In this document: piece by piece, positions 1-8,280 of the stretch
Numbering within the stretch: position 1 is the stretch's first letter
How the letters are laid out: every line of letters starts with the position of its first letter
From: an uncultured Bacilli bacterium
GTDB taxonomy: Bacteria; Bacillota_I; Bacilli_A; RF39; UBA660
Direction of reading: 5' to 3'
Length of the DNA stretch: 15,471 nt
Assembly: GCA_947630945.1 (NCBI GenBank)
Contig: CANRJN010000033.1
Location: 1-15,471 of the forward strand
Program-made: the position numbers and the translations under genes
Notes under the pieces: model-generated
Databases searched by the model: none
Seen by the model: only the letters and a program-made list of their open reading frames with translations
What the model was told of the DNA's origin: nothing

Positions 1-33
1 TAAATTGTTATTTTTTATTAAACTTAAAAAATA

Positions 34-62
34 TTAATATAAAATATAAGACCTGTTATAAT
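34..62 (+). promoter_or_regulatory. Putative sigma-70-type promoter with extended -10 for the 77..403 gene
   Basis: TTAATA (34-39), 17-nt spacer, then TGtTATAAT extended -10 (54-62), followed by an AAGGAG RBS (71-76). This is a motif match only. AT-rich DNA produces many chance -10-like hexamers. Confidence 0.3.
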
Positions 63-76
63 AATCGTTAAAGGAG

Positions 77-403
77 ATGATCTTTTTGACTAATAATAGA
101 AATTATTCTATTACTTTTCCTTATCAAATTGGAACTGTTATGGAATTAAGTAATAATTCTAATATTTTAGCAGAATTAAAACAATATAGAGTTACTATTG
201 AACATTATAAGAAAACTATTTATGTTTTATTAAGCACTAAAATATATGATAGTGATCTAGAATATAATTTTGAAATAACACTTGATGAATTAAACTCAAA
301 TTGGAAAAAGACTAATCAAATTGTGTTTAAAGGTAGTATTGGAACAAAATTAGATTTAGGAGATGAATTTATAAATAAAGTTAAAACTTTATCATTAAAA
401 TAG
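77..403 (+). CDS. Hypothetical small protein (108 aa as tracked)
   Basis: Intact ORF behind AAGGAG (71-76). The ATG at 77 abuts the RBS, so the in-frame TTG at 86 is the more likely start. No recognisable motif. A hairpin follows at 421-451. Confidence 0.5.
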   Translation: MIFLTNNRNYSITFPYQIGTVMELSNNSNILAELKQYRVTIEHYKKTIYVLLSTKIYDSDLEYNFEITLDELNSNWKKTNQIVFKGSIGTKLDLGDEFINKVKTLSLK

Positions 404-420
404 GTTAATTATTAAAATAA

Positions 421-451
421 AAACTACTTCCAAATTTTTTAAAAGTAGTTT
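421..451. terminator. Putative bidirectional intrinsic terminator between convergent genes
   Basis: Perfect 9-bp inverted repeat AAACTACTT (421-429) / AAGTAGTTT (443-451) with a 13-nt loop. It is A-rich upstream and T-rich downstream. It lies between the 3' ends of 77..403 (+) and 511..1764 (-). Confidence 0.45.
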
Positions 452-510
452 TTAAATTATTCTTTTATACCAAAAATTATCAGTTTTATAGTCTTTAAAT
501 TTTTTAAATT

Positions 511-1764
511 CTATAAGCTATTAGATTTCAAATTATCATTAGGAAGTATTGTATATTCATCAGTAATAGCATTTTCAATACCAATTAACCATTTCTCATC
601 TTTTAAGTATGTTCCTCTTAAATCACAATTAGTAAAATCTCCAAATAAATTAGAATCATTAAACTTAGCATAACTTAAATCTTTATTATATGCAAGTTGT
701 GGGTTATAACTAACTAAATTAGTTTCACTCCAATCAATACCGGATAATTTTAAATTACTAGGTGTAACTAAAGATAAATCAATAAATTTTAATACAGGAA
801 CAAATTCACTTCTAACTTCAAAATGACCATTAATATTTTCAAATAATAGATTTTCATCTACTTTAATACTATGGTATATATCTTTCATTATATTATTATT
901 TGGTTTATTTAATTTTTCTAATCTTTGAACACTTTCATTAACAAAATTAATTGAAGTTAATATACTATTTATTAATTCTTTTCTTTCAGCATTAATTCTT
1001 TTTTCCTCTTTTTGTTTTTCTTCTATCTTATCCATTTCATTTTTATTTTCATCTTCGTTATTATTATAGCCTGCTATTTCTTTGAATTTATCATAATCAA
1101 CAAAACCTTTTGAATTATATTCAGACATAAATTGTTCAAAAGCATTTTTAATATCTTTTTTAGAAATAACTAATTTAGGATAACCTTTTAAATAGGTAAT
1201 TAAAGGTATTTTAGCAAGTATTTTAACATTAATATACTCTTTACCTGTTAATATATCTTTTAAATAATTATTCTCAGTAAACTTACTTTTATCTCTATCA
1301 TATTTTATTTTTGGATAACTGCTTATAAATATATTTGTTTTATTATCTTTTTTCACAATATAGATATCTAATCTTCTAACAAAAATAGGCATTAAATTAT
1401 CACTTTCTTCAAAGATTATTATTTCTTTATTTGGATTTATTTTATTTAATTTGCAAAATGTTTTTACTAAATCTTTATCACATTCAATATACTGCTTACA
1501 TTTTTCAATTGGTAAAACAATTTTCATTTCATCATAATCATAATAATTATGATAAAAAATATCTCTATAAGTACCAAGACCATCTATATATACTATTATA
1601 TAATAATCATCTTTATGTAATTTTTTAAGAAATTTAAATTTAGCAATATACAAGTCTTTGCTATCATAATTTTCATCTGGATTTACTAATTCTAAAACAC
1701 CATATTTTTTTGCTTTTATTTTGTTTTCATTAACTTCATCATTTTTAAAGTATTTATCATCCAT
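511..1764 (-). CDS. Pentapeptide-repeat-containing protein: unknown N-terminal domain, K/E-rich coiled-coil-like middle, C-terminal pentapeptide repeats
   Basis: 417-aa ORF with a strong RBS (GGGGGAG 8 nt upstream of the ATG). The C-terminal ~80 aa has A(D/N)LxX-type periodicity (LSGIDWSETNLVSYNPQLAYNKDLSYAKFNDSNLFGDFTNCDLRGTYL). The middle segment EDENKNEMDKIEEKQKEEKRINAERKE is charged and helical in character. Confidence 0.6.
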   Translation of the reverse strand: MDDKYFKNDEVNENKIKAKKYGVLELVNPDENYDSKDLYIAKFKFLKKLHKDDYYIIVYIDGLGTYRDIFYHNYYDYDEMKIVLPIEKCKQYIECDKDLVKTFCKLNKINPNKEIIIFEESDNLMPIFVRRLDIYIVKKDNKTNIFISSYPKIKYDRDKSKFTENNYLKDILTGKEYINVKILAKIPLITYLKGYPKLVISKKDIKNAFEQFMSEYNSKGFVDYDKFKEIAGYNNNEDENKNEMDKIEEKQKEEKRINAERKELINSILTSINFVNESVQRLEKLNKPNNNIMKDIYHSIKVDENLLFENINGHFEVRSEFVPVLKFIDLSLVTPSNLKLSGIDWSETNLVSYNPQLAYNKDLSYAKFNDSNLFGDFTNCDLRGTYLKDEKWLIGIENAITDEYTILPNDNLKSNSL

Positions 1765-1990
1765 ATCAATAACTCCCCCTTATAAAAAGTATATCATAAC
1801 AACAACCTAAAATAAATAAACAATAAAAAAGTAGGCATATCTTCTTTATAAAATAATCCTCATCAAAACCAATCTTATCTTTAATAAAATATATCATTTT
1901 ATTATTTTGTTTATTATATTTATTAATTAAATAGTTTAATAGTTTTGAATAGATAAAAGTATATTATGAAATATTAATCAAATAATAAAA

Positions 1991-2812
1991 TTACTTTTCA
2001 TAATCAAAAAGTTTATTAAATTCTTCTGTTGCTCTATCCATTTCATAATTTATATTTTTTATTGCTTTTTCTAACATATATTTATTAGGAAATTTTGTAG
2101 CATTAGTAGAACCTTTAAAATAGTTTTCTAAAACTTCTTTTCTAATATGCTTATCACTATTATTTTCTTTATATTTATGATTTAGATAAACTATTTCTTG
2201 TATTAAATCTTCTATACTAATTTCTTCTTTATTAGTATTTTTCTTAACTATTAAAGATATTTTTTCATATTTATATAATGAGTAATTTACTATTGAATTA
2301 TAAATATAGTTATCAATAGCCTGTTTTCATTTTTAAATATTTATGATTTTCTATATTTTTTTAATGAATAAACATTATTAGAAATTTTTTAGTTATGCCT
2401 TGTTGAGACATTAATGGTGATATATCCATATCTAACAAACTTGTTATATAATCATTTTTTTGAAATTTTAAAACATCATTTTGAGCTTTTTTAAAATACT
2501 TCTATCTTTATTTTGAATTTTTAAAATAACATTTTTAGCATTTTTTAAAGCTTTTTTATCTTTAGAATTCTCTAAATATATTGAAATATCTTTAATAATA
2601 TCAAAATATCCAGATTCCCTACCTGCTGTTGCCCATTCTTTAGCAATTAAATATGTAATTATATAACTGTAATTTTTAAAAAATAAATTTTTAGTTTTTA
2701 AAGTATCAACATTATATGGATACCAATCATTATAATAATCTTCAATATTTTCTTCGCTTTCTTCACTTTCACTAGCTATTTCTCCATCAGTAAATACTAT
2801 AGTTTGAATCAT
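1991..2812 (-). pseudogene. Decayed gene of unknown function, broken by at least two frameshifts or stops
   Basis: The 114-aa ORF (2468..2812) continues sensibly in another frame after a T6/A6 run at 2487-2492 (...KAQNDVLKFQKNDYITSLLDMDISPLMSQQGITKKFLIMFIH*). A third start-less open segment of ~113 codons (KQAIDNYIYNS...EEFNKLFDYEK*) runs to the stop at 1991-1993. Confidence 0.5.
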
Positions 2813-3302
2813 TTTGTGTTCAAGTATAGGTACCTGGGACTAAATTTCTTCATGTTTAAGCACTTCCACTACTTGTAAGGGGCAAGTTTCTTTTAATTCT
2901 TGAATTTTCATATAATCTATTCTCCTTTTCGTTATAAAGAGTATTATAGCATATTTTTTACCTATTCCAATAATAAATTTAATTTAATTTCTATTAGAAC
3001 AAAAAATTAAGTTTTAAATATAAATAGTAATTTATTACTATCATCTTTTTTCTATATTAAATATGCCATCGTACTCTTTTTTCCATTCATATTCCAAGAT
3101 TTATAATAACAATCTTTAAATTTTTTTATAAATAGGCAATTATTTTACCATTATATAAATAAAAATCAAATAAAATTATAATTTTTTTAATAAATCTATA
3201 AAATTCTTTTTCTATAATTAATTCATACCAAAGAATTTAATTGTTCCATCACCCAAAAGTAATCCACCTTCAAAGATTCCTACCAATTTTTTATACTAAC
3301 CA

Positions 3303-4940
3303 TTATAATAACTCTTTTTTATATAATTTTTGATAATATTTATTATTTTTTATTAAATTTTTATGAGTATCAAATCCTACTACTTTACCAGCATCAATAA
3401 CTAATATTTTGTCGCAATCAATAACAGTAGACAAACGATGAGCAATTATTAAAATAGTATAATTTTTTTTAATTTTTTTAATAGAATCATTAATATAATC
3501 TTGGGTTTCATTATCTAGGCTACTGGTGGTTTCATCAAGCATAATAATTTTACTATTTTTAACTAATGCTCTTGCTATTGCTAATCTTTGCTTTAAACCA
3601 CCTGATAAAATAACCCCATTTTCTCCCACTAAGGTATCATATTTTTTATCTAAACTATTAATATATTCATCAAGTTTACATAAACGACATTTTTCTTCTA
3701 TTTCTTTATCAGTAATATTAGGATTAACTATTTTTAAATTATCTTTTATACTCATATTAAATATATAAGGATTTTGTGTAATAGTAGAAATATTTTCTCT
3801 AATAGTGTTTTCAGTTAATTCATTAATATTTATATTATCAAATAAAATACTACCTTTATTTGTCATATATAATTTATTAATTAAATTAAATATTGTTGTT
3901 TTACCTACTCCACTTTTACCCACTAAACCTATAGTTTCATTTGGATTTATAGTAAAATTAACTCCTTTTAAAACATTACTTTTATCATAACCAAAATAAA
4001 TATTTTTAAATTCTATTTTTCCATTTAATTCTTTTATTTCTCTATTACCATATACTTCTTTAGAATATTTATTACCATCAACTATCTCATATAATCTTTC
4101 AATAGATAAATTGATATTTTTAAAATTACGATAAATATCAGCAATAGAATCAACAAAACCGGTCGCTTTACCTTTATACATGTATATTACTAATAAATTA
4201 GCTCCATTAAGTAAATTATTTTTAATTAAAACAATACTTAATAAAATAAAGAAGAAATCAAAAATGTTATATAAAAAATTAGTCAGAAAAAATACTTTTT
4301 CATCTTTTAATCTTGTTTCAGAATCATATTTAATAATAGCTTTTTGATCTTTGGTAGTTTTTTTTATTAAAACATTTTTCAAATTAAGTACTTTAATATC
4401 TTTAATACCTCTTATGAGCTCACCAAAATTACTAGAGTATTTTTCATGCATTTCATTATATTTTTTTCGTTCAATTTCCCATTTTTTTGTTCTTCTAATA
4501 CTTAAAGTAAAAAATATAAAAGAAAATGATAAAAAGTATATAGCTATATAAATATTAACATAAAATATATAAAATACTACTCCTAATGAAGTTAAAAAAT
4601 AAACAATATTATAACGAAAACTATTAAAAATTTCAACAATTACACTTGGCTCATTATTAATTCTTTCTGCAAAAAAAGCGGTTCCTTCTTTATCAAAATT
4701 TTTGATTTCTAAATTAAATAATTCTTTTGAAACATCTTTCTTTATCTTTATTTCAACATTATCTTGAATTTTTGTACTACAAACTGTATTAATATAAGAT
4801 ATAATACGATAAAAAAAATTACAAGCAAGAAGAATTAAAGCAAACTTTAACATATTAGACATATCAACTTTAGTAATTGCTTCTAAACTTTTAGCATCAA
4901 TTATTGGAATAATAGTATTTATACCTGTAATAGAATACAT
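3303..4940 (-). CDS. ABC transporter, fused permease/ATP-binding half-transporter (exporter type)
   Basis: Motifs: Walker A GLVGKSGVGKTT, signature LSGGLKQRLAIARAL, Walker B IIMLDETTSSLD, H-loop IAHRLST. The N-terminal ~300 aa is hydrophobic with multiple TM-like segments. The tracked ATG (4940) has no RBS. An RBS-preceded ATG at 5010 in another frame encodes a typical exporter N-terminus (see findings). Confidence 0.9.
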   Translation of the reverse strand: MYSITGINTIIPIIDAKSLEAITKVDMSNMLKFALILLACNFFYRIISYINTVCSTKIQDNVEIKIKKDVSKELFNLEIKNFDKEGTAFFAERINNEPSVIVEIFNSFRYNIVYFLTSLGVVFYIFYVNIYIAIYFLSFSFIFFTLSIRRTKKWEIERKKYNEMHEKYSSNFGELIRGIKDIKVLNLKNVLIKKTTKDQKAIIKYDSETRLKDEKVFFLTNFLYNIFDFFFILLSIVLIKNNLLNGANLLVIYMYKGKATGFVDSIADIYRNFKNINLSIERLYEIVDGNKYSKEVYGNREIKELNGKIEFKNIYFGYDKSNVLKGVNFTINPNETIGLVGKSGVGKTTIFNLINKLYMTNKGSILFDNININELTENTIRENISTITQNPYIFNMSIKDNLKIVNPNITDKEIEEKCRLCKLDEYINSLDKKYDTLVGENGVILSGGLKQRLAIARALVKNSKIIMLDETTSSLDNETQDYINDSIKKIKKNYTILIIAHRLSTVIDCDKILVIDAGKVVGFDTHKNLIKNNKYYQKLYKKELL

Positions 4941-5154
4941 AAATTAAAAGTAATAATTTTTTCTCTTTAAAATAACTAATTAATTTTTTGTAATACTTCC
5001 ATTTTTTCATCAATAACTCCTAATTATATTAATTTTAAACATTACTTAAATTTTTGATTCACTAATTGTATAATATTTAAACTTTTATTTAAAATATTTT
5101 CATATATTTTTTTATTTTTATTATATAATAATCTTAATATTTTCTTAAAATTTA

Positions 5155-6108
5155 TTATTTCATTTTTAAAATTTTTTCTACCTCTTTATCTTCTTCATTT
5201 AGAGTAGTATCATCTGCAAATAATTGTGCAAAATTTTCTCTATTTGCAAATATATCTTCATATCTTTCTTTATTTAAAAGTTCCATTAAATTTATTAAAC
5301 CAATATTTTCTTTTGAATTTCTATTGTTTTTTTCAATTATCATTTTAATATTTTTTATAATGTTAACATTTTTATGGAAAAGAAACGTGAATTTATTATT
5401 TTGAGTTTGTATTATTGCATTTTCTAACTTTTCTATATTAGCTCCTTCTACATATCTAGCGAAATTATAAATATATTCGGCAGACCCTATTTGAATAATC
5501 GCGTCTTGTAATTTCTCAAAATTAGAACCTCTTACATATTTTGCAAATTTATAAATATATTCGGCAGACCCAGTTTTAGCAATTGTTTTCTCTAATTTTT
5601 TTATATTTACACCTTCAATATAATAAGCAAAATTATAAATATATTCGGCATCCATTGTTTGAATTATTGCATTTGCTAACTTTTCTATATTAGCTCCTTC
5701 TACATATCTAGCAAAATTATAAATATATTCGGCATCCATTGTTTGAATTATTGCATTTTCTAACTTTTCTATATTAGCTCCTTCTACATATCTAGCAAAA
5801 TTATAAATATATTCGGCAGACCCTATTTGAATAATCGCATCTTGTAATTTCTCAAAATTAGAACCTTTTATATGTTTTACAAATTTATAAATATATTCGG
5901 CATCCATTGTTTGAATTATTGCATCTTCTAACTCTTCTAAATTTGCATCTTTTACACCACATGCAAAATAATAAATATAATTAGGATTATTGCTCTTTAT
6001 TACTGCTTCACAAGCCCTTTTTTTATCAATAATCTCTAATTCTACTAATTTTAAAAATCCATTATAATTTTGATTCATCAATTGTACCACATTCAAATTC
6101 ATATGCAT
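5155..6108 (-). CDS. Tandem-repeat protein with seven 28-aa helical-looking repeats (consensus AEYIYNFARYVEGANIEKLENAIIQTMD)
   Basis: 317-aa ORF. Repeat anchors ATAAATATATTCGG recur every 84 bp at 5467, 5551, 5635, 5719, 5803 and 5887, with a degenerate copy at 5971. The RBS AAGGAG abuts the first ATG, so the second ATG (6102, MNLNVV...) is the likelier start. Paralog of 7104..7757. Confidence 0.75.
   Translation of the reverse strand: MHMNLNVVQLMNQNYNGFLKLVELEIIDKKRACEAVIKSNNPNYIYYFACGVKDANLEELEDAIIQTMDAEYIYKFVKHIKGSNFEKLQDAIIQIGSAEYIYNFARYVEGANIEKLENAIIQTMDAEYIYNFARYVEGANIEKLANAIIQTMDAEYIYNFAYYIEGVNIKKLEKTIAKTGSAEYIYKFAKYVRGSNFEKLQDAIIQIGSAEYIYNFARYVEGANIEKLENAIIQTQNNKFTFLFHKNVNIIKNIKMIIEKNNRNSKENIGLINLMELLNKERYEDIFANRENFAQLFADDTTLNEEDKEVEKILKMK
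5388..5979. repeat. In-frame 84-bp tandem repeat array (7 units) with a 336-bp higher-order duplication
   Basis: Strict 84-bp periodicity. Units starting near 5635 and 5719 differ by about one base. The block ~5404-5570 is ~95% identical to ~5740-5906, an offset of 336 bp (4 units). Confidence 0.85.
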
Positions 6109-6202
6109 ATCTCCTTTTTAAATATATATTATACTTAAGATTTTAAAAATTGCAAGTTAAAAAATAAAATGTGATGTAATTAGTAATCTTTTATATTCTT
6201 TT
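6095..6202 (-). repeat. Copy A of a duplicated ~107-bp start-codon, RBS, promoter and upstream block (copy B at 7744..7850)
   Basis: Identical to 7744..7850 except for one substitution and one 1-bp indel. Confidence 0.9.
6128..6155 (-). promoter_or_regulatory. Putative promoter of the 317-aa repeat-protein gene
   Basis: On the gene strand: TTGCAA (-35), 16-nt spacer, perfect TATAAT (-10), then AAAGGAG RBS. The same architecture is conserved in copy B. Confidence 0.45.
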
Positions 6203-6233
6203 CAAATATAGGTGTTTATCTTAATTTTTAATA

Positions 6234-6899
6234 TTAAATAAGTTCATTTTTAATAATCCATTTTATATCCTCTATTGATTTATCAATATTAAATCTTCCA
6301 TTACCTACTGGATAATAAACAGAGTAAAATTTATATGTATTACCATTTATTTTCTTTTCAAAAAGTTGCTTTCTTACTTTTGAAACTGATATTTTCTTAT
6401 TTAATACTATAGAACTTACTTGATTACCAAACAAAATAATCACTTTTGGTTTAATTATTTCAAATTCCTTTTTTAATAAGTGTAAATATTTTTTATAAAC
6501 ATTATCAGTTAAAGCTCTTGCATCTTCTTGTGTACATTTTCCTAAATTAGTAATAAAGTATCTATGATTTTCTACATCTTTATAAACTTCTTCTGCAAAT
6601 TTTTCTGTCCAATCTTTTCCCTTAATTTCTTTTATTTTGTTATAAATTTTTCTATTCATTAAATTTAGCTCAAAAAAGAGATCCCATATATTTTTAGATC
6701 CTATAAAGGGAGATTTAATACCTTTCCAATTTTTAGATGAAGCTATATTTCGACTAGTTGGGTTCATAAAAACAAAGCAAATATCAGGATTATTTTTACA
6801 ACCACCATTATAAATTGGAGTTAATTCTTTAGCACCATATTTTAATTGAAGTTTATCATATTCAATTTTTAAATCTTCTAACTGCATTTGAATCACCAA
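6234..6899 (-). CDS. Uracil-DNA glycosylase superfamily protein (family not assignable by eye)
   Basis: The N-terminal pattern ...PIYNGGCKNNPDICFVFMNPTSRN resembles the UDG-superfamily motif-A region (hydrophobic strand, then xNPx). The size (~215 aa) is typical. The Cys cluster of Fe-S family-4 enzymes is absent. The tracked start is TTG (6899); the ATG at 6887, preceded by GGTGA, is more likely. Confidence 0.55.
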   Translation of the reverse strand: MVIQMQLEDLKIEYDKLQLKYGAKELTPIYNGGCKNNPDICFVFMNPTSRNIASSKNWKGIKSPFIGSKNIWDLFFELNLMNRKIYNKIKEIKGKDWTEKFAEEVYKDVENHRYFITNLGKCTQEDARALTDNVYKKYLHLLKKEFEIIKPKVIILFGNQVSSIVLNKKISVSKVRKQLFEKKINGNTYKFYSVYYPVGNGRFNIDKSIEDIKWIIKNELI

Positions 6900-7014
6900 A
6901 ATAATTTTATCATAAAAATGACATCATTTTGAATTACTTAATAAAATTTAACTTATATAACTGAAAATTATGGTAAATATGTTTTTGTAAAAAAAATATA
7001 GGAAATAAAAATAT

Positions 7015-7049
7015 ATAAAAAGAATTGAGTATTAAAATTTTCCTCAATT
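7015..7049 (-). terminator. Putative intrinsic terminator downstream of 7104..7757
   Basis: AATTGAG (7023-7029) / CTCAATT (7043-7049) form a 7-bp stem with a 13-nt loop. On the minus strand the stem is followed by CTTTTTAT. The stem is weak and AT-rich. Confidence 0.35.
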
Positions 7050-7103
7050 ACTATAAATTAATTATAGTATATATTAGTAATTCAAACTATTTAACTTTAA
7101 CTA

Positions 7104-7757
7104 TTATTTTTTTAAATTTCTTTCTAATACTTGTTCTTCTTTATTTTTATTATAATTTTGTTCATTAATAGTTCTTGTATTTATGATATCTTTTAAATAT
7201 TGTATAAATTTTATATCTCCTATTTTAAAATTAGCTTTTGCTAATTCTTCTATATTTGCACCATCAACATAATAAGCAAAATAATAAATATATTCGGCAT
7301 CTCCAGATTGAATTATTGCTTCTTCTAACTTTTTAATATTAGCTTTTTCAACATACTTAGCAAATCTATAAATAAATTCTACATCTTTTGTTTTAATAAT
7401 AGCTTCTTCTAATTTTTCTATGTTTGCACCTTTTATATCACTAGCAAATTCATAAATATATTCTGGATCTTCTAATTTGATAACAGCTTCTTGTAACTTT
7501 TCAATATTAGCTTTTTCTATATCTTTAGCAAATCTAAAAATATATTCAGCATTTTTTAATTGAATTATTACATCTTCTAATTTTTCAATATTAACTTCTT
7601 TTACATTCAAAGCAAATTCATAAATATATTTAACATTATTACTTTTACTAACTGCTTCACAAGCTACTTCTTTATCAATAAACCCTAATTCTACTAATTC
7701 TAAAAATCCCTTAAAGTATTGGTTTATTAATTGCATTATATTTAAATTCATATGCAT
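7104..7757 (-). CDS. Tandem-repeat protein, shorter and more diverged paralog of 5155..6108 (5-6 repeats of 28 aa)
   Basis: 217-aa ORF. The N-terminus MHMNLNIMQLINQYFKGFLELVELGFIDKEVACEAV matches MHMNLNVVQLMNQNYNGFLKLVELEIIDKKRACEAV. Repeats look like AEYIFRFAKDIEKANIEKLQEAVIKLED. The upstream block is the same as for the paralog. Confidence 0.75.
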   Translation of the reverse strand: MHMNLNIMQLINQYFKGFLELVELGFIDKEVACEAVSKSNNVKYIYEFALNVKEVNIEKLEDVIIQLKNAEYIFRFAKDIEKANIEKLQEAVIKLEDPEYIYEFASDIKGANIEKLEEAIIKTKDVEFIYRFAKYVEKANIKKLEEAIIQSGDAEYIYYFAYYVDGANIEELAKANFKIGDIKFIQYLKDIINTRTINEQNYNKNKEEQVLERNLKK

Positions 7758-7850
7758 ATCTCCTTTTTAAATATATATTATACTTAAAATTTTAAAATTG
7801 CAAGTTAAAAAATAAAATGTGATGTAATTAGTAATCTTTTATATTCTTTT
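7744..7850 (-). repeat. Copy B of the duplicated start-codon, RBS, promoter and upstream block
   Basis: See 6095..6202. Putative -10 TATAAT at 7777-7782 and -35 TTGCAA at 7798-7803 (15-nt spacer) on the gene strand. Confidence 0.9.
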
Positions 7851-8001
7851 AAAAATTATTATAAGTTTCTAATCTATTTTCTTCTTTTAAAATTCCCTTA
7901 AAATTATAATTATTATTTTCTTTACTAATTATATCAACATTTCCATCTTCATCTGTAACAGCACTAAGATTATTGCTTATTTGAATTAAATTTTTATTCA
8001 T
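7849..8001 (-). CDS. Possible small ORF (50 aa), unknown function
   Basis: ATG at 8001 is preceded by GAAGGA with 6-nt spacing. Product: MNKNLIQISNNLSAVTDEDGNVDIISKENNNYNFKGILKEENRLETYNNF. Not in the supplied track because it is too short. There is no homology evidence. Confidence 0.3.
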   Translation of the reverse strand: MNKNLIQISNNLSAVTDEDGNVDIISKENNNYNFKGILKEENRLETYNNF

Positions 8002-8053
8002 TTATTATCCTTCTTTCATTGGTTTTTTATTATATTAATAAAATAATATTTGT

Positions 8054-8122
8054 CATTTAATTAAAAATACACTTAATTATTTTTTAAGTTTATATGTGTC
8101 TAAGTCATTAATATTATAATCA
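8054..8122. repeat. Direct repeat, left copy (right copy at 15029..15097)
   Basis: 63 of 69 positions are identical, including a 25-nt perfect core CACTTAATTATTTTTTAAGTTTATA. Confidence 0.85.
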
Positions 8123-8277
8123 TAATTACCATTTATAAATTTTTTTATATCTTCAATATTAAGTAATTTTAGTTTCAAACTAACTAATTCTCCAGCATAT
8201 TTTTCATTTTCTTCAAAACTGGATACATATGAATATGCTTTTTCTAATAAATCTTTATTTTCAGTAATTAAATATAT
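8077..8277 (-). pseudogene. 3' fragment (66 codons, no start) of a paralog of the 15052..15471 gene
   Basis: Translates to ...IKKFINGNYDYNINDLDTYKLKK*, compared with ...FANLLIDFDYNITDLDTYKLKK* at 15052. The DNA and the downstream flank are 91% identical over 69 bp. The open frame ends at an upstream stop (8278-8280), where the transposase remnant begins. Confidence 0.65.
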
Positions 8278-8280
8278 TTA

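Noticed and set aside
1431-1628. 65-aa plus-strand ORF inside the pentapeptide-repeat gene
   Set aside because: It is entirely antisense to a well-supported 417-aa gene. It has no RBS, and its Y/L/I/F/N-rich composition is typical of antisense frames in AT-rich DNA.
2840-2911. 23-aa ORF (MKIQELKETCPLQVVEVLKHEEI) with a GGAGAA RBS in a locally GC-richer patch upstream of the pseudogene
   Set aside because: It may be a leader peptide, a relic of a gene N-terminus or a real micro-ORF. There is no homology, no convincing RNA structure and no conservation evidence. I noted it but did not call it.
3221-3295. Start-less 25-codon open stretch on the minus strand (YKKLVGIFEGGLLLGDGTIKFFGMN), faintly reminiscent of a LAGLIDADG motif
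   Set aside because: It is too short, has no start or RBS, and the motif resemblance (GLLLGDG) is weak. At most it is a tiny gene relic and cannot be supported.
3526-4551. Three plus-strand ORFs (3526..3768, 3805..3990, 4351..4551) inside the ABC transporter gene
   Set aside because: They are antisense to a gene with unambiguous ABC motifs. Their hydrophobic low-complexity translations, absence of RBS and alternative start codons mark them as frame artefacts.
5388-5979. Regularly spaced 84-bp repeats as a possible CRISPR array
   Set aside because: The units are contiguous with no unique spacers. They are exactly in frame within a long ORF and encode a coherent 28-aa protein repeat. No cas genes are present in the window.
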